A DNA stretch of 64,000 bases from Paragordius varius (taxonomy: Eukaryota > Animalia > Nematomorpha), in NCBI GenBank assembly GCA_964247055.1, contig OZ176057.1, positions 2,728,001 through 2,792,000 of the forward strand, in the 5' to 3' direction. A model generated the notes under the pieces. That model searched no databases, had not been told where the DNA came from, and saw nothing but the letters and a program-made list of their open reading frames with translations. This document shows, in pieces, positions 1 to 13,890 of this stretch. Position numbers and translations under genes: made by a program. The number at the start of each line of letters is the position of its first letter. Position 1 is the stretch's first letter.

Positions 1-29
1 TAACGAAAGCAAAATGCACACTTTTAAAA

Positions 30-850
30 GAGTTCCTCCACAAAAATATTCCTTTTTAGGCTTAAAAATATTGGTTTTAATAAAACATAAATTCATTCAA
101 TTTATCCATAAAATGCATAAAGTATAGTTTTTTTTATAAAAGTTAATAAAATTATATTTTACTCCCGCTTCACAGGTAAAAAAATGTATATATGCTTTAA
201 AATTGATGTTTTTTTTTGAAAAAAATGTTAAAATTTGGTTTCAATAAAATCACATTCTAACACAGCCAAAAAAAGTAAAAAAATGTGAAAAAATGTTAAA
301 AGTTAGTGATTTTTAGCAAAAAAAATGATATTTTTCAATAAAATGCATAAGTATAGTTTTTTAAAGCTAAAAAATGCAAAACTTTAGAGATTTACCCCAA
401 CAAAATTTTTTTTGCTTTTTTACGTATAAAAGACTGAAAAATGTTAAAAATCAGTGATTTTTAGCAAAAAAATGATAAAATTTATCCATAAAATGCATAG
501 AGTATACTTTTTCTAAGCTAAAAAATGCAAAACTTTAAAATATTTACCCCAAGACAAAAGTTCTTGTTGAATTTTTTTTAAAGATTAAAAAGCCTGAAAA
601 AATGTTAAAAATTGGTGTTTTTTAGGCAAAAATTAATAAAATTATCCATAAATTGCAGAATGTATAGTAATTTAAAGCTAGGAAAATGCATTATCTCAAA
701 ACTACTCCCCCCCAAAAAATCTTTTTTATGCTTAAAAATTGTAGTTTTTATAAAATCGATAAACTTTGGCGTCAATAAATTACTAAGTTTAAAAATGCAA
801 AAAATGGCGTTTTTTTAGGCAAAATTCAATATATTTTGGATATAAATTAC
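30..850. repeat. Degenerate tandem array, unit about 160 bp, intronic
   Basis: The motif ttatccataaaatgcataagtatagttttt...aaagctaaaaaatgcaaaacttt...aaaaatgttaaaa recurs near 100, 335, 480 and 640; boundaries approximate. Confidence 0.65.
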
Positions 851-1012
851 ATTATTAAACACAATTTATGTCGTTTGAAATTATCAATATTTCTAATCTT
901 TTCATTAAAAATATTTTCTAATATATAAAAATAATTCAAATTAACTGTTGAATGATGGATTAATTTTTATAGATGGCATTTTTTTATCCGAAAAAAAATA
1001 TATTTTTAATAC

Positions 1013-4000
1013 TTTTAATTTTCCAAATTTTGTAAAAGAGTTTGAGATCAATCAGATTCAGGATGGCAGATATAATCATAGCGGCCAAACTGGCTTTAGG
1101 TATAAATCTGAAAATAAAAATTAAAAAAAAATATAAAATATTTTAAAATCTATATAATCTAAAAAAATATTATAAATTATTACAAAATAAAAAAAATAAT
1201 GAAAATAAAAATAATTATATATTACCTATAAAATAATATAAAATTATAAAATTGAATAAGTAATATGCTTTATAAAATTTGCAAAAAAAAAATTTAAAAT
1301 ATTATAAAATGCCTTTAAAAAATTATTATGAATACCTATAAAATTATTTTTTAATTTATTAAAATGCTTTTAAAAAATTAAAATATTAAATAAAAATAAT
1401 TAATTATTTAATAATAAAAAATTAAATATTTTTTTATTTTATAATAAAAACTTACCTGAAATAGGTTGTTAAATATTGTAAGGCTATCAATACAAGAATC
1501 CCTGAAAAAATATATGAATATATATAAATTTAAAAATAATAAAATATATTTTATTAAAAATTATAGCCTATTTATTAAAAAATATGTAATTTTTTTATAA
1601 AATTAATTTAAATTTAATATAATAATTATTGAAATTAAAAATAAAAAATATTTTTAATATAAAAACACCTGTCCAAACGCATCCACAAGGTGTTCTAACT
1701 CCAGTTTGAGCATTTATGGCAGATCTTTTATTTAATTAAAAATAAAAAAATTTAAAATTAATAAAAATAAAAAAAATAAAAATAAATAATTTAAAAAAAC
1801 TAAAAAAAATTAAATAATTTATAATTTTTTAAAAAATTACCTGGAAAAACTAGCAGTTATGGGGTATGAGGACACAAAAGAGCTGAAAAAATTTGAAGCC
1901 CCTATACAAGAAAATAAAATTAATAATAAAAATAATTTTTTTTTATAAAAATAGTAAAAAAAATATATTAAATTGTTAATAAATAATAAATTTTTATAAG
2001 GAATAATAAAATTTTAATATAAGAAAATTATTAAACTAAATGATTATAATGTAAACAATAATATAATTTAATGGAAAGAAAAAAATTTTAAAATATGTAA
2101 ATTTTAACGAATCAAACATAAAAAATAAATAAATAATTAAAAAAATAAAACAAAATAAAATATATCTATATAATTTTTTTTATAAATAATAACAAATGTT
2201 TTGATTGATAAATGAGAAAAAATTAAAACCCCTAAAACAATTGTAAAAAATAAAAAAAAAATAAAAAATTTTAACAAAAATTAAATAATTCTTATTTTAA
2301 CAAAAATTAAAATTGTAAAAAATTGAAAAATATTAAATATTATATTATATATTACCCAAAGCTATGAATTCTTGTGTTGAATCTATGGTGTATTTATACT
2401 TCCGCGCTTCAGAAAAGATATTTTAAATAAAATTATTCAATAATTATATAAATTAAAATAAAAAATAATTAAATAGAAAACAGCAATTAGAATTCCAAAA
2501 AAAGAGTTTTTAATATTTTAAATTAAAAAAATTTAAGAAATATAAATAAAATAAAACCAAAATATACCAAATAATTTAATTATAAAAAAATTAAAATTTA
2601 AATAAAAAAGCAAAATATTAATCCCCTGAAAATAAAATATTAAATAAAATAATTTTTTTTAAAAAAACCAAAATAATAGCGATACCCAAAAAATATAAAA
2701 AAATTAAAATTTAAATAAAAAAGACTAAAATTTAAATAAAAAAATAAATAATTTATTAAAATTATAAAATATATATTTTTTGAAAATTATAATCAAATCA
2801 AAACCAAATGCTTTTGCAATAGCTAAACTTTCCAAAATTCCAATAAGAGCGATCGTTACAAATCCGAAACCAATATCCTGAAAAAAAATAAAATATTAAT
2901 AACATAAAAAAATATAATTTTTAATAAATTATTTAAAATAATTTATGAATTCAAAATAATTTATTTTTAAAAATATATTAATGTATTAGATAAAAACTTA
3001 TATAAAAATAGCAAAAAATAAAGTTTTTATACGTAAAAATTAATGATAATTTTGGTTAAAAATAATAGAAAAAAGTATTAATAAAATATAGGAAATATTT
3101 AAAATAAATTTTATTTTTTTTTTAAAAAAAAACCTTTAAAACTTGAATCCCAGGTATGTGAATATCTGTTTGTTGATTTTTGGCGGGAAATCCGGTAGCT
3201 ATAAAAATTTAATAAATTTAATTAACTATTTTAGAAAAATATTTAACAGATAATTTTTTATTCTCAGTTAAAAAAATAAAATTTCAAAAAAATAATAAAA
3301 AAAAATTTTTTTTCAAAATATTTATTTTATAAGTAACTAGGATAAGATTAGGAAATTTAAAACGCAATCATTTCCCAAATACGCTAATAAACCTAACGAT
3401 TATATATCAAAAAATTAATTTTATGTAAATTTTTTGATTTTCAAATTATTTTTATTACTAAAAAAACTTTTAATTTTTACAATGTTAAAAAATTTTTTAA
3501 GCTTTAAATGTTAGCCGTTTTAAGTTTCAAATCAAATAAAATTATTTAAGAGTGCCCACATCAAAAGCGGCCCGCGAATTTAAAACATTTTAAAAAAAGT
3601 AAAAAAAAATGTTTTCGTTTAAATTTCATCAATCATATTTTTATAACTTTCTTATTCAAAAAAAGTATTTAGATTCGAAACAATAATCTCGTTATATTTC
3701 CGAAAAACAAAATCAATTTATCAAAAATTCAGTTATTCTCGTAAACATATAAAATATTTTATAAAAATGTGAATATAAACCTTCCCCCAAAATAAAACTT
3801 TTTAGATTACTGGATAAATCCAAAAATAATGTTGATATCAACATTTTTTTTGTTTTATACAAAACGTCAAATAATAATGTATAAAATTGTCGCAAAAACT
3901 AAAAACTTTTCCATATGTTTCTAATTTTATTTTAAACTTTCAACAATATTCAATTCTAGATGTTGAAAAGGTATAAAATTAAAATTAAAACGAAAAATTA

Positions 4001-7000
4001 TCTTTAGATTGTCTATGAATAAGTTAAAATGTAATTTATATATTTCTCAAAAAACTTTAAAACTATTTCCTCACTATATCACAATTTTTTTCTCATAAAA
4101 TTAATCGAAAATTTTCACTTTCCTGCATATTAAAGGATCCAACAAAATGGATACAAAAACATAAAATAAAATAATTAAATTTTTCAAATATTTTCCTTAA
4201 ACACTTTTAAATTATTTTTCATTAGATCAAGATCATTACATTCCTGAATGTTAAAAATTTAAAATTAAAATCAAAGCGAGGCATTTTCCTTTCCGGTATG
4301 CGATCATTTATGCTTTGCGTCAAACTTAATATAATTTTCCTAATATTTTTCAAAATTTTCAATTTTTGCCTCAAAGAAATCAAAAAATAAAACTTTTCTG
4401 AATGCTAAATAATTTGAAATTAATGTTATGTCCTTAAAATTTCAAATAATCCAAAAAAATTTTACAAACCCACACTTAAATATTAAAAAAAACTTAAAAT
4501 TTACAAGTTTATTACTCATTAAAATATTAGAGTTTTTTACTTTCCTGCCCGTTAAAAGATTTAAAATTGAAATCAAGGCCAGGCATTTTCCATTCCGGTA
4601 TGCGATCATTTATGCTTTATAATTTTCAAATTTTCTTTTCTTAAATTATCAAACTTTTCAATTTTTGCCTCAATAAAATAAAAAACTATATTTTCCTGAA
4701 TTCTAATGGATTTAAAATTAACCTTGCGTTCTTAAAAATTATGCGAAAAAACTTATAAATTTTAAGTTTTTAAAAGTTTTTTTTTGATTCTAGAGTTATT
4801 AGAAAACAAAATTTTTACTTTCCTGTCCGTTAAAAGATTTAAAATTAAAATCGAGGCGAGGCATTTTCCATTCCGGTATGCGATCATTTATACTTTGCGT
4901 CAAACTGAGTTTCAAACCCAAATTATGGACCATAAAATAGGCTATAACTGCACTTATGGCTATAACGAACGCATTTCGACCTATTCCAATAAAATAGAGT
5001 ATTTGAAAAAAAAATTATAAAAAAAACGTAAAAAGTCAAAGATAAATTCATTTTTCAGTGTGAAATAATGCGACGCATAAAACATCAGGTAATTGGTAAT
5101 AAAAAATTTTAATAACTTTTATTTTTCAAATAAATTCGGACTAAAAAATTATACAAAATGTAAAAAAATAATACTTTCTTTAATCAAACAAAATATTTGA
5201 ATATCTTAATGATAAAATATACTCATCGTTAACATTGAAAAATATGGAATAGAGTTATTTAACAATCGTATTAAAATTAAAAAGGGTTTATATCAGGGCT
5301 CTCCAACACACTGCACTCGGAAATATTTCTGATGCCCGCGAGAATTTATTTAAAATACAAAATTTTACCAAAATCTAAGTAAAATTAATGGATTTAAACA
5401 AATTTTATAAAATCTTTTCCGCCTTTTGGCAATAAACTAGCAAATATTGTCATAAAAAATAGTTGAAAATATAAAATAATGGTTAATCCCTATATATTAT
5501 AGTAAAAATTGAAATTATAGGGGCAAAATGTAAAAATATAAAGGTAATTTTTTTTCATAAAACACAATCATACTTTTTTATGCTTTAATTAATTCTATTA
5601 AAATTTACTAATCATAAAATATGTAATTGATTGTGTTACCAATACACATTTCTGTTCTATACTTTAAAGTTTAACACAATGACTTATATTAGAATTCATC
5701 AAGATTCATAAAGCATGATTGTATTTAAGCAAAAAAATATTTGTCCTTATATTTTTACGTTTTGTCCGTATAATTTCAATTTTTATATTTCAAGAATTCA
5801 ACCCGCGAAACCTTTTATGTTGGACACCCCTAGTTTATTAAGCAACTCGCCCTCAAAAATAATCGAATACTTTATACTTAAAATTTTAGTTTATAGTTCA
5901 ATTATATTTTTCTTACGTCTGACAAAGATTACTAGTAGAAATCGAAAATTTACTATAAATTCATATAATTTTAGATGAATTAATTGCAAAATTATAAAAA
6001 TCAATATATATATATACTTACCAGTAAGAATTAACCATATAAATTTCATAGCAATTTTCCGGCACCACAAATTTAGACAGGAACCTCCAGACCCAAGGGT
6101 TTTAGAGACAAACAGCTGATGGTCATTGTTAGTTACATCATTGATGATTGTATTAACAAACAGCTGATCATCATTGTTAGTAACATCATTGATTTTATTT
6201 TTTTGTTGATGTTGTGTTTTGGGCAAAAGAACACGTTTAAACCAATCACTTCGATTGAGTTTCTAATAAAAAATAAAAAAATTTTAAAAAAAATTGAAAA
6301 AAAATTAAATTTAATAAATAAATCGAAATAAAAATTATAGGTAGGTAAAATTTTTTTAGAAACTCATCATTACATCAAAAAAAGGTATTGGAAATAAAAG
6401 TGAAATTATACAAAAAGTCATTAATAGATATAAGCAAAAAAAATTGTTTAATAAATCAAAAAATATAAAACTTAAGATGGATGATTATTAGATTGATTCT
6501 CATTAAGAATTTTGGCTTTAAATCGTAAAAGAAAAACAGAATATATTAATAACTTTGTTTAGAAATTTTATTCAAATTCACCCTTGAATAATTCGACCTC
6601 GCCCTTAAACAATTCAAATTCACTCTGAAACAATTCAGATTCGCTTTAAAAACAAATTATGAGTTTTCAGAATATAACTCCTCATTAATATGTAAAATAT
6701 ATTCATGGCAAAGTTAATTATTTTTATAGTATTATTATTATTTAGGACTAAATTTCATTTTTTAAAAATATAAAAAAATGTGAGCAATTTTTAATCTTAA
6801 AATTATGATTTGATCAAGGATAAATTTGAAGTGTAAATGGTAAATATAAATTTCATAAAATTATTATAAAAATTTATTAAAATGGGCAAAAAAATTAAAA
6901 TATAAATAATATTACTTTCATCAATATAAGTATGATAAGGCTTGAAATACCCAATAAACAATCCCATGGGCTACACAAAAAAAATAAAATTATTATAAAT

Positions 7001-9875
7001 TTAAATATAATTAAAAAAAATTTATTAAAAAATATTAAAAATTTATAAAAAAAATTAATTAAAAAATTAAAGATTTATAAAAAAATTTTTATATTTTAAG
7101 GAAAATATACTTGGCTTTTTTCAAATTAGTTAGTACTTCCCAGAATTGAGGTAGAAATGTACTTTTTTTCGTTTTTATACCTAAAATATTCTAAAATACA
7201 TATATAAAAAAATATTTTTAAATTTAATAAATGAATAATTAAAATATATATAATTATTGAAAAATTTAAAAAAAATATATCGAATAATTTGAAAATATAT
7301 TATCACATTTTTTTATTTGAAATCAAAAAAATCCATAAATATACAAAAATTATATTAATATTTGAAAAATTATCAAAAAATATAATTACAAAAATAAAAA
7401 TATTATCAAAAAATAAAAAAAATTGTGGACCTACCCCGATTTGACCCACGCCAATTATAATGGCGGCAGCATTTGTAAATCCATACAAAACTGGGTGAGA
7501 TATAAAACTTATAAGGAAGCCTAAAAGCAAAAAATTAACATTTATTAAATGTAAAATAAATAGATTTCAAAATTAGAAAAATTTATATAAAAAAATTTCA
7601 TTTTAAATTACTAATCTAAAGATTTAATTACATTTTAAATTAATAATTAAAATAATTAATTTTGATTTAAAAGCATTTAGTTTCAAAGCCAAATAGCTGA
7701 TAATATTTTGGATTTATCAAAACATCCAACTCAAAAATATTGATTAAAGTGTGTTTAAGTTAGTTAACTAAGGTAGACTAGGGTTAAGAAATTTTTCTTA
7801 AAATATATTTTGGCTTCGCTATGAATAACAAGTTATTTAGATTAATACCTAAAATAAAATTCCGAATTTGTGGGCCAGCTAATAAAGATGCACTGATATT
7901 AAGGGAACAAAAAAATGCTTCCAAAAAAAACCTTAAATTATTGTAAAACTCCTTTTCAGTCTTTGAAATAATATAATTTTAAGAATGACTTGCTTAAAAA
8001 TAGTATAAATTATACAAATAATACCCCCTTACCCCTAAGCAATCAAAATTTTTATATAATCTTTTAAAAAATAACCCTAAGATTTTGAAAGTTTAAAAAC
8101 TTCTTTAAACTAAAACTTTAAAACGCTAAAAACTTCTTTTTTCTTCAAAAACAAATAATACGCACCCAAATTCAGGAATCCCATGATGATTTGCATCAGG
8201 CCCGTGATTAGGGTCAAGACTATGGCATAATGAACTAACAGCGCATTTTTCAGTTCAATCTTGTAAAGTTCCAACATCATATTTTGTTCATTGTTGATTA
8301 CATTGAAAGTTGTGGAATTTGCATAATTATTAAAATTACTGGATTCGTTTATAATATTTTTTGTGGGCGACGTATTCTTCAAATGAAATCTATCCATATT
8401 TATGTGTTGTGCCGTATATTGATAGGTAAGGAGGGACATAACTGCCGTCGGTCCAAACGTTATGTCTTTTGAAGTACCCAAGAGGGCGTATATAAAAGCG
8501 CCCATAAAGGATGAATAAAGCCCATACTATAATGTATTATTATATAAAATATATACCATTTACAACTCAACGATTCATCCCCTTGAACATTTAAAATTAA
8601 TTCACCCTTGAAAAAATTAAATTATGTGTTTTTCGAATATTAAAATCACAAATATTTTTTATATGTTATTACAAAAGTCGAAATTGCGTTTAAAAAGTAA
8701 CATAGTACTAAAAAAATCATAAACTATGACATATATAGAAATATTGCATATTAATGGTGATTTATATTGACACGAAAACATTTTTTGAGGTGAATTGGAA
8801 TTGTTTAAGGGTAATTTTGAAGTGTAAATGGTATGTTATATATATATATATATATATATATAATGGTATAAATTTAATTCAAAACAATTGTTTTAGACCA
8901 GGGGTGATTGAGAACACAAATAGCCTCGCGGGCCGCATTTTCGAATCAAAAAACCCCATGGGAGGGCGGTCGCAATATTTATATGGACATTAACATATAT
9001 AACTTTTATTAAATTTTAAAAGATTGCAAAAAACTACTATATTATGCATCATTTTTTCTAGTTCATTGCCGTAATTCGGAATGATATATTCCCGAAAATT
9101 TGTTTAAGATAATTAATTTTGCTTTAATTTTGTAAAATTTTGCATATAGAATTTCTCGCGAGTCGCATAATATCTAGGATCGTATTGGTCACGCCCTGTT
9201 TTAAACGTTTTTGGTGTCTTCCTTTTTTTTTCAACCAAAAAAACTTATCGGCTTATTTCGAAAAATGGGGCATAAAACTGTTTTTTAGCTGTCATCTGTT
9301 TATATGGCTCTTTAACTCCTGTCGTCAGAAAGAGAATAGGATTGGGTAGTGAAGCGATGATCAAATCCATAAAAATTTGGGTAAAAACAAAAGCATAGGG
9401 GTGGAAACCTAATAAAGATTATTCTCTGTTTTGTTGTTCTGGTCACTACGTATTGTGAAAGCTGGACTCTCAAAAAAAGGGACAAAGAAAGAAGGCTCAA
9501 GACTTTTAAAAGGAGCTGCTGCTGGCGTAGATGCTAGAATATACCTGGAAGGATAAAATTAAGAATGGAAAAAATACTAAACAAAACATCCTGGAGATAA
9601 AACTAAAAAGAAAAGTTAACATATTATGGTCATGTCATGCGCACAAATTCTCAACAAAAAAGAAACAATGTTTGGAAAGGTAAAAGGACAAAGGAAACGA
9701 GGTCGACCACCAATGAGGTGGTTAGACATGATAAAAGATAAGACTAAGAGATGACACATTAAACGACTTCTTGAATGTAGGAGCGGGTAAAGATAAAAAG
9801 ATGAAGTGTAAATTAATTGTGAAAACTAGATTCAAAAATTCGTTGAATATGACTTGTGGAAAAAACCAACCATAC

Positions 9876-9918
<43 letters not shown>

Positions 9919-12422
9919 ATCCTTTATATTATCAAAAATAGGCCTTTTTTCGTTAAATGGGTATAAATATTTGGTAATAAAAAAAAACAAGAGCTCTATG
10001 GTGTGATTCTAATACTTTTTTGATGGATATGATATTGTTAATACCATAAGAGCCCTTGTTTTTTACATTCTTTACCTATTATACATACCCAGACAAAAAA
10101 ATTTTGATATAATAAAGGACATGTCTGTATATACAATTTTCAGATTAATAGCAATATATATAAATTAATTTTTATCAAAAGATAAAAAATTTATTATTAA
10201 ATATTCTAATATTGTTCACAAATAACGCATTATTTTTCGGTAATTATAAATTTCAATAATAATAATATACTGTAGAAAAATTAAAACATAGGATCATTAT
10301 TTCTAAATTTAAAATTCAAAATTTTTGATAGAAATCTGTCTTAAAAGCAATCTAGGCAAGTTAGATTGTTTTTGTTTTAAAAATATTAAGAAGCGAAGAC
10401 AGGGGTTATGATCGACTAAAAAATAACCCCATACTTTAAAAATTAATTTTTGAATAATAATCAAACTCATCAATTTAAGTTCTATGGTTCGTAAAAAGAA
10501 AATTTGCCAGGTAACTTAAAAAACAGCTGACTTTAAAAATCAATTTTCGTTTTTTTTTGTTAGAGTGAATCCGCCCAGATTTTTGGAATAATTTAAACAA
10601 CTGATTTCCAAGTTTTTTTGTTCACGTCCCTCCCACAAAATTAAAACAAAAACTTTTTGTGTTTCCCCCTCTCAAAAATCCAAGATAAAAATGTAAAATA
10701 TATTATCTATATATGTATAAAAATTCCAATCAATGAGATCCTTGTTTTTGCAATTTTGTAAACCATCTTTTCCATATCGGTGACAATCTTGATAATTCGC
10801 ACGCCTAAAGTCCTTTAATTTGCTTCTAGTTTTTTTTAATAAATTTTACATATATTCTCCTCTTAGATTTTTTACGCCTCCTCCTTTTAGGAACCACTGA
10901 TTGAAACTTTAGTCAGTCATTTTAAACAAAAAAACCAAAAGTACACCAAAAATTACCATTACATATTACAGTTGCGTGTGTTGTTAAAAAACAAGAAATT
11001 ATTTAAATTACACAATTTTTTTCTAATCATTTCAGTCCTTCGATCCAAATTGGATCGTTGGATACCCCAGGCCTGTTTGAAATTGATTGTAAATACTTCA
11101 AAACGTGAGGAAGGAAAAACCATGGCAGTTTGCAATTATAAAACATTATTGAACCGAAACATAAAAAAAATTATTCGAAAATAGTTGGTATTAATTACCT
11201 ATTTTAAGGTAAAAGTTCAAAGGTAAAAATTTAGTCAACATGACATGTGTGCGTTAGCTAAACTTAAAACTAATACAAAATAACCAATTTTTCTGTTACT
11301 ATCAATACTATATGTGATTTAAATAAAAATTAGCTTTAATTTTAGCTTTATATTTGAATAAAAACGATTTTTGCAAAAGTGTTGTAAAATAAAATGGCGT
11401 TTAAGTAGTTTGATATGGAACTTTTTTTTCTAACTGAATTTCATTTAGGATATTTCAAATTATTCATATAATTTTTATTAGGATAGAAGCATAATTCAAA
11501 TTGGGACCGTTTCTTTCAATAGCTTTAAAATATCAACTTAAATATATAGACTGGGGTATTTAGATACCCCAATTTGAATCGAAATGTTAAACCAGGAGTG
11601 TCCAATACAAATGGTATTTTACCGCTCACTTTTAGCTCTAAAGTTATGACGAGCCGCGTTTGAAATATATATGGGCATTCATTAATTAGAATTTAAACAT
11701 AAGACTTAAGAAATAACGGATTGTAACAATTTTTATCGTTCTTGTTATTTCGATAGACTTATTCAAGAAAATATTGCTTAAGGAGTATCAATTTTAACAA
11801 GATATTGTGAACAAGTTTTTGCAAATTATTGATACAAAACTTTTAGCGGGCCGCATAGAAAGTCTCAAAACGCTGATGCGGCCAGTAGGTTTTTGGCCAC
11901 CCCTGATGAAAACATTATTTTTGTTTATCAAGTTTTTAACTCATACGCCATAGTAAAATAGAGATAATTAATTAAAGCATAAAAAGTAAATATTATCGTA
12001 GCACATTCGATACTTTATTCTTTGGCAAAACAAACAAACAAACAAATAAAGATACTATATATGTTATTAAAAACTGGTGTTAAATTTTACCAAAAAAAGT
12101 TATTTTTTAAAAAAAAAATATAGCAAAAAACTTGAATAGGTAATCCTGCAATAGTAGCATATGCTAAACTCTGGGGTACGACCGTTAATCCGACGGTTAA
12201 ACCCGCAATGAGATCAAAAATAAAATCCTGGGAATTATACGTTCGTAGCCATCGATAGAAAGGGAATAATCGTTTTATACGAATCCGTAAACTTTTGGAT
12301 GTTGGAAGACCTTTGAAATTTTTCATATCACGTGAAGTTGCTTTGTGAGATTTAAATAAGATTGTCGGAATTTTTTCGCACTTCTCCCTACACCCATATA
12401 ATTTATGCTTTAAATTATCCAT
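1013..12422 (-). CDS. SLC26A11: SLC26/SulP anion transporter, SLC26A11-like; 14 coding exons in window, remaining TM helices and STAS domain lie beyond position 1
   Basis: Exons (minus): 12132-12422, 8166-8526, 7435-7520, 7111-7190, 6916-6970, 6022-6262, 4819-4980, 3135-3166 (or -3198), 2805-2877, 2356-2406, 1841-1901, 1669-1724, 1456-1501, 1013-1107, all GT-AG. Translation gives SLC26 motifs DLIAGLTVGLTVVPQSLAYATIAGLP, YGLYSSFMG, FGPTAVMSLL, GFTNAAAIIIG, GRNAFVI, GILESLAIAKAF, IDSTQEFIALG, SYPITASFSRSAINAQTGVRTP, FIPKASLAAMII. The one phase ambiguity is at the 4819/3198 junction. Confidence 0.92.
4110..4910 (-). repeat. Local tandem triplication (about 290 bp unit) of the 3' half of the SLC26 exon 4819-4980 plus flanking intron
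   Basis: gcattttcc(a/t)ttccggtatgcgatcattta occurs at about 4281, 4583 and 4861; flanking intron motifs such as ttttcaatttttgcctcaa are also repeated. Confidence 0.85.
5294..5832. mobile_element. hAT (Charlie-like) MITE, family A
   Basis: Ends CAGGGCTCTCCAACAC and GTTGGACACCCCTA; imperfect 8-bp TSD gtttatat/gtttatta. Confidence 0.75.
6565..6840. mobile_element. MITE family C, left end degraded
   Basis: Tandem caaattcaccctt(g/a)aa subrepeats and right end gtgtaaatgg, shared with other family C copies. Confidence 0.6.
8556..8831. mobile_element. MITE family C (TIR CCATTTAC, TA-flanked, 19-bp subterminal repeats)
   Basis: tata-ccatttacaac ... gtgtaaatgg-tat. Confidence 0.75.
8899..8990. mobile_element. 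Left end of a family A hAT-type element
   Basis: CAGGGGTG followed by the family motif gcgggccgca. Confidence 0.55.
9455..9735 (+). pseudogene. Decayed 3' fragment of an RTE-clade non-LTR retrotransposon
   Basis: Frame-broken translation gives WTLKKRDK, YYGHVMR and GKVKGQRKRGRPPMRWLD, typical of the RTE ORF C-terminus. Confidence 0.75.
11035..11590 (-). mobile_element. Non-autonomous element family B (about 560 bp; CTTCGATTCAAATTGGGGTA inverted repeats, TTAA at one end)
   Basis: Colinear similarity to copies at 14307, 14990 and 54165; ends ccccaatttgaatcgaaatg-ttaa. Confidence 0.75.
11840..11905. mobile_element. Right end of a family A hAT-type element
   Basis: gcgggccgca...gcggcc...ggccacccctg. 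Confidence 0.55.
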
Positions 12423-13853
12423 AATCGTGTTTTATTGCATTGTAATACAAAAAAAATACAATAAAAATTAAATAATTTGCTACAAATATGTATCTTGACA
12501 GAGTGACGTAATAAAAATTAGCCTGCAAGCAAACAACAAATTTATCAAATTATATTTACATGACTGATTAATTTATGAATATATAATAACAAAAGTTTAA
12601 AAAATACCTAGACCACGCTTTTTTCGATATGGATGAAAAACAGATAGCCTTAGGCTATTATGATTTTTTCATATGGCGTAAAAAATTAATAAATTGAAAA
12701 TAACTGGATATAAATTAATTAAATTCCAACCGTTCAGTATTTATATTAATTGAAATATTACTGTACATAACTTATATTAACTAATTTCCGTTTTTCCAAC
12801 CCTTCAAATAGCACTTATGGTTTGCTCAGTCTTATAATCTTTTCGTTTAAGAATAACAATTTAATATAGTGAAATTGTTAAAATTTAAAAAAAACTTACC
12901 TTAATTTGTTTTTATATATTTATATATTAAAAACCTAATTAAATTTGTTTTGTTATATATTTTGAATAATCTTAAACTTTTACTCATTCTCACTGCGTCC
13001 AAATCGAGGGGTATAAAAAAATCATATTTATTCTGATAGAAATACATCTATCAAGGCTTTTGGTTTTGTCCCTTACGAGTAAATAAAATTTATTAATACT
13101 TTTCTGGTAAATTATCAATATCAGAAAATAGCAAAATCTGCTCACATTTTGTTAGCTATTTTTATGGTGAAAACTAAAGAGATCATTGCAAAAATATCAT
13201 TATAATATATCATAAACAAAAAAAGTAAAATAATATATAAATTAGATGTAGGCTCCGAAAGAATTTTTATTGTTCTACTAAAATAGGCAAAAAATAATGA
13301 AAAGCAGGGATTAAACGTTTTTAAAGCATAAACTAAATTTTTCTACAAAAATGATTTGAAAATATATTTTTTACAAATATAACGAAATTTCGGATATTCA
13401 TACGGTATGAAAACACTTAAAGATATTAAAACTTTTTGCTATGCAATATGAATGACATTTTGCTGAACTGAAAATTTTAATTTAAAGGCTCTTTTTTCAA
13501 GTTTTGGTAGTTTTTAATTAATTTTAGCATAATAAAACCTAACAAATGAATTAATCATAATTCGATTTTTAAGTCGGTGTAATGCTTAATTTTGGCTAAA
13601 GGCTAATTAGTCCAAAAATATCATTAAAATTAATCATAAATTATATTAAAAAGTAAATTGCTATTATCAAATTATTGCATACACTAATACGATTTTTATA
13701 TAAAACAATTATAGAAGCCACAAAACCAAAGCACCTTGAAAACCCTAATGCATTCATTATCACTCTTTCATCAGGATATTTATACATCCCGATTATGTAC
13801 GCAATGTAGGGCCAAAAAGCACCATGTGAATCCTGATACATTTATTTATTGGA

Positions 13854-13890
<37 letters not shown>

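Noticed and set aside
3335-3393. Candidate SLC26 exon (GLLAYLGN) and another near 5913-5945
   Set aside because: In-frame stop or no motif match; the real GRNAFVI exon is at 4819-4980.
8899-11905. One 3-kb composite hAT element
   Set aside because: Flanks ttttagac and atgaaaac do not form a convincing TSD; the ends are listed separately.
13641-13841. 66-aa ORF MYQDSHGAFW
   Set aside because: Lies in a dispersed repeat also seen near 13060, 17170 and 26220; no splice or homology support.
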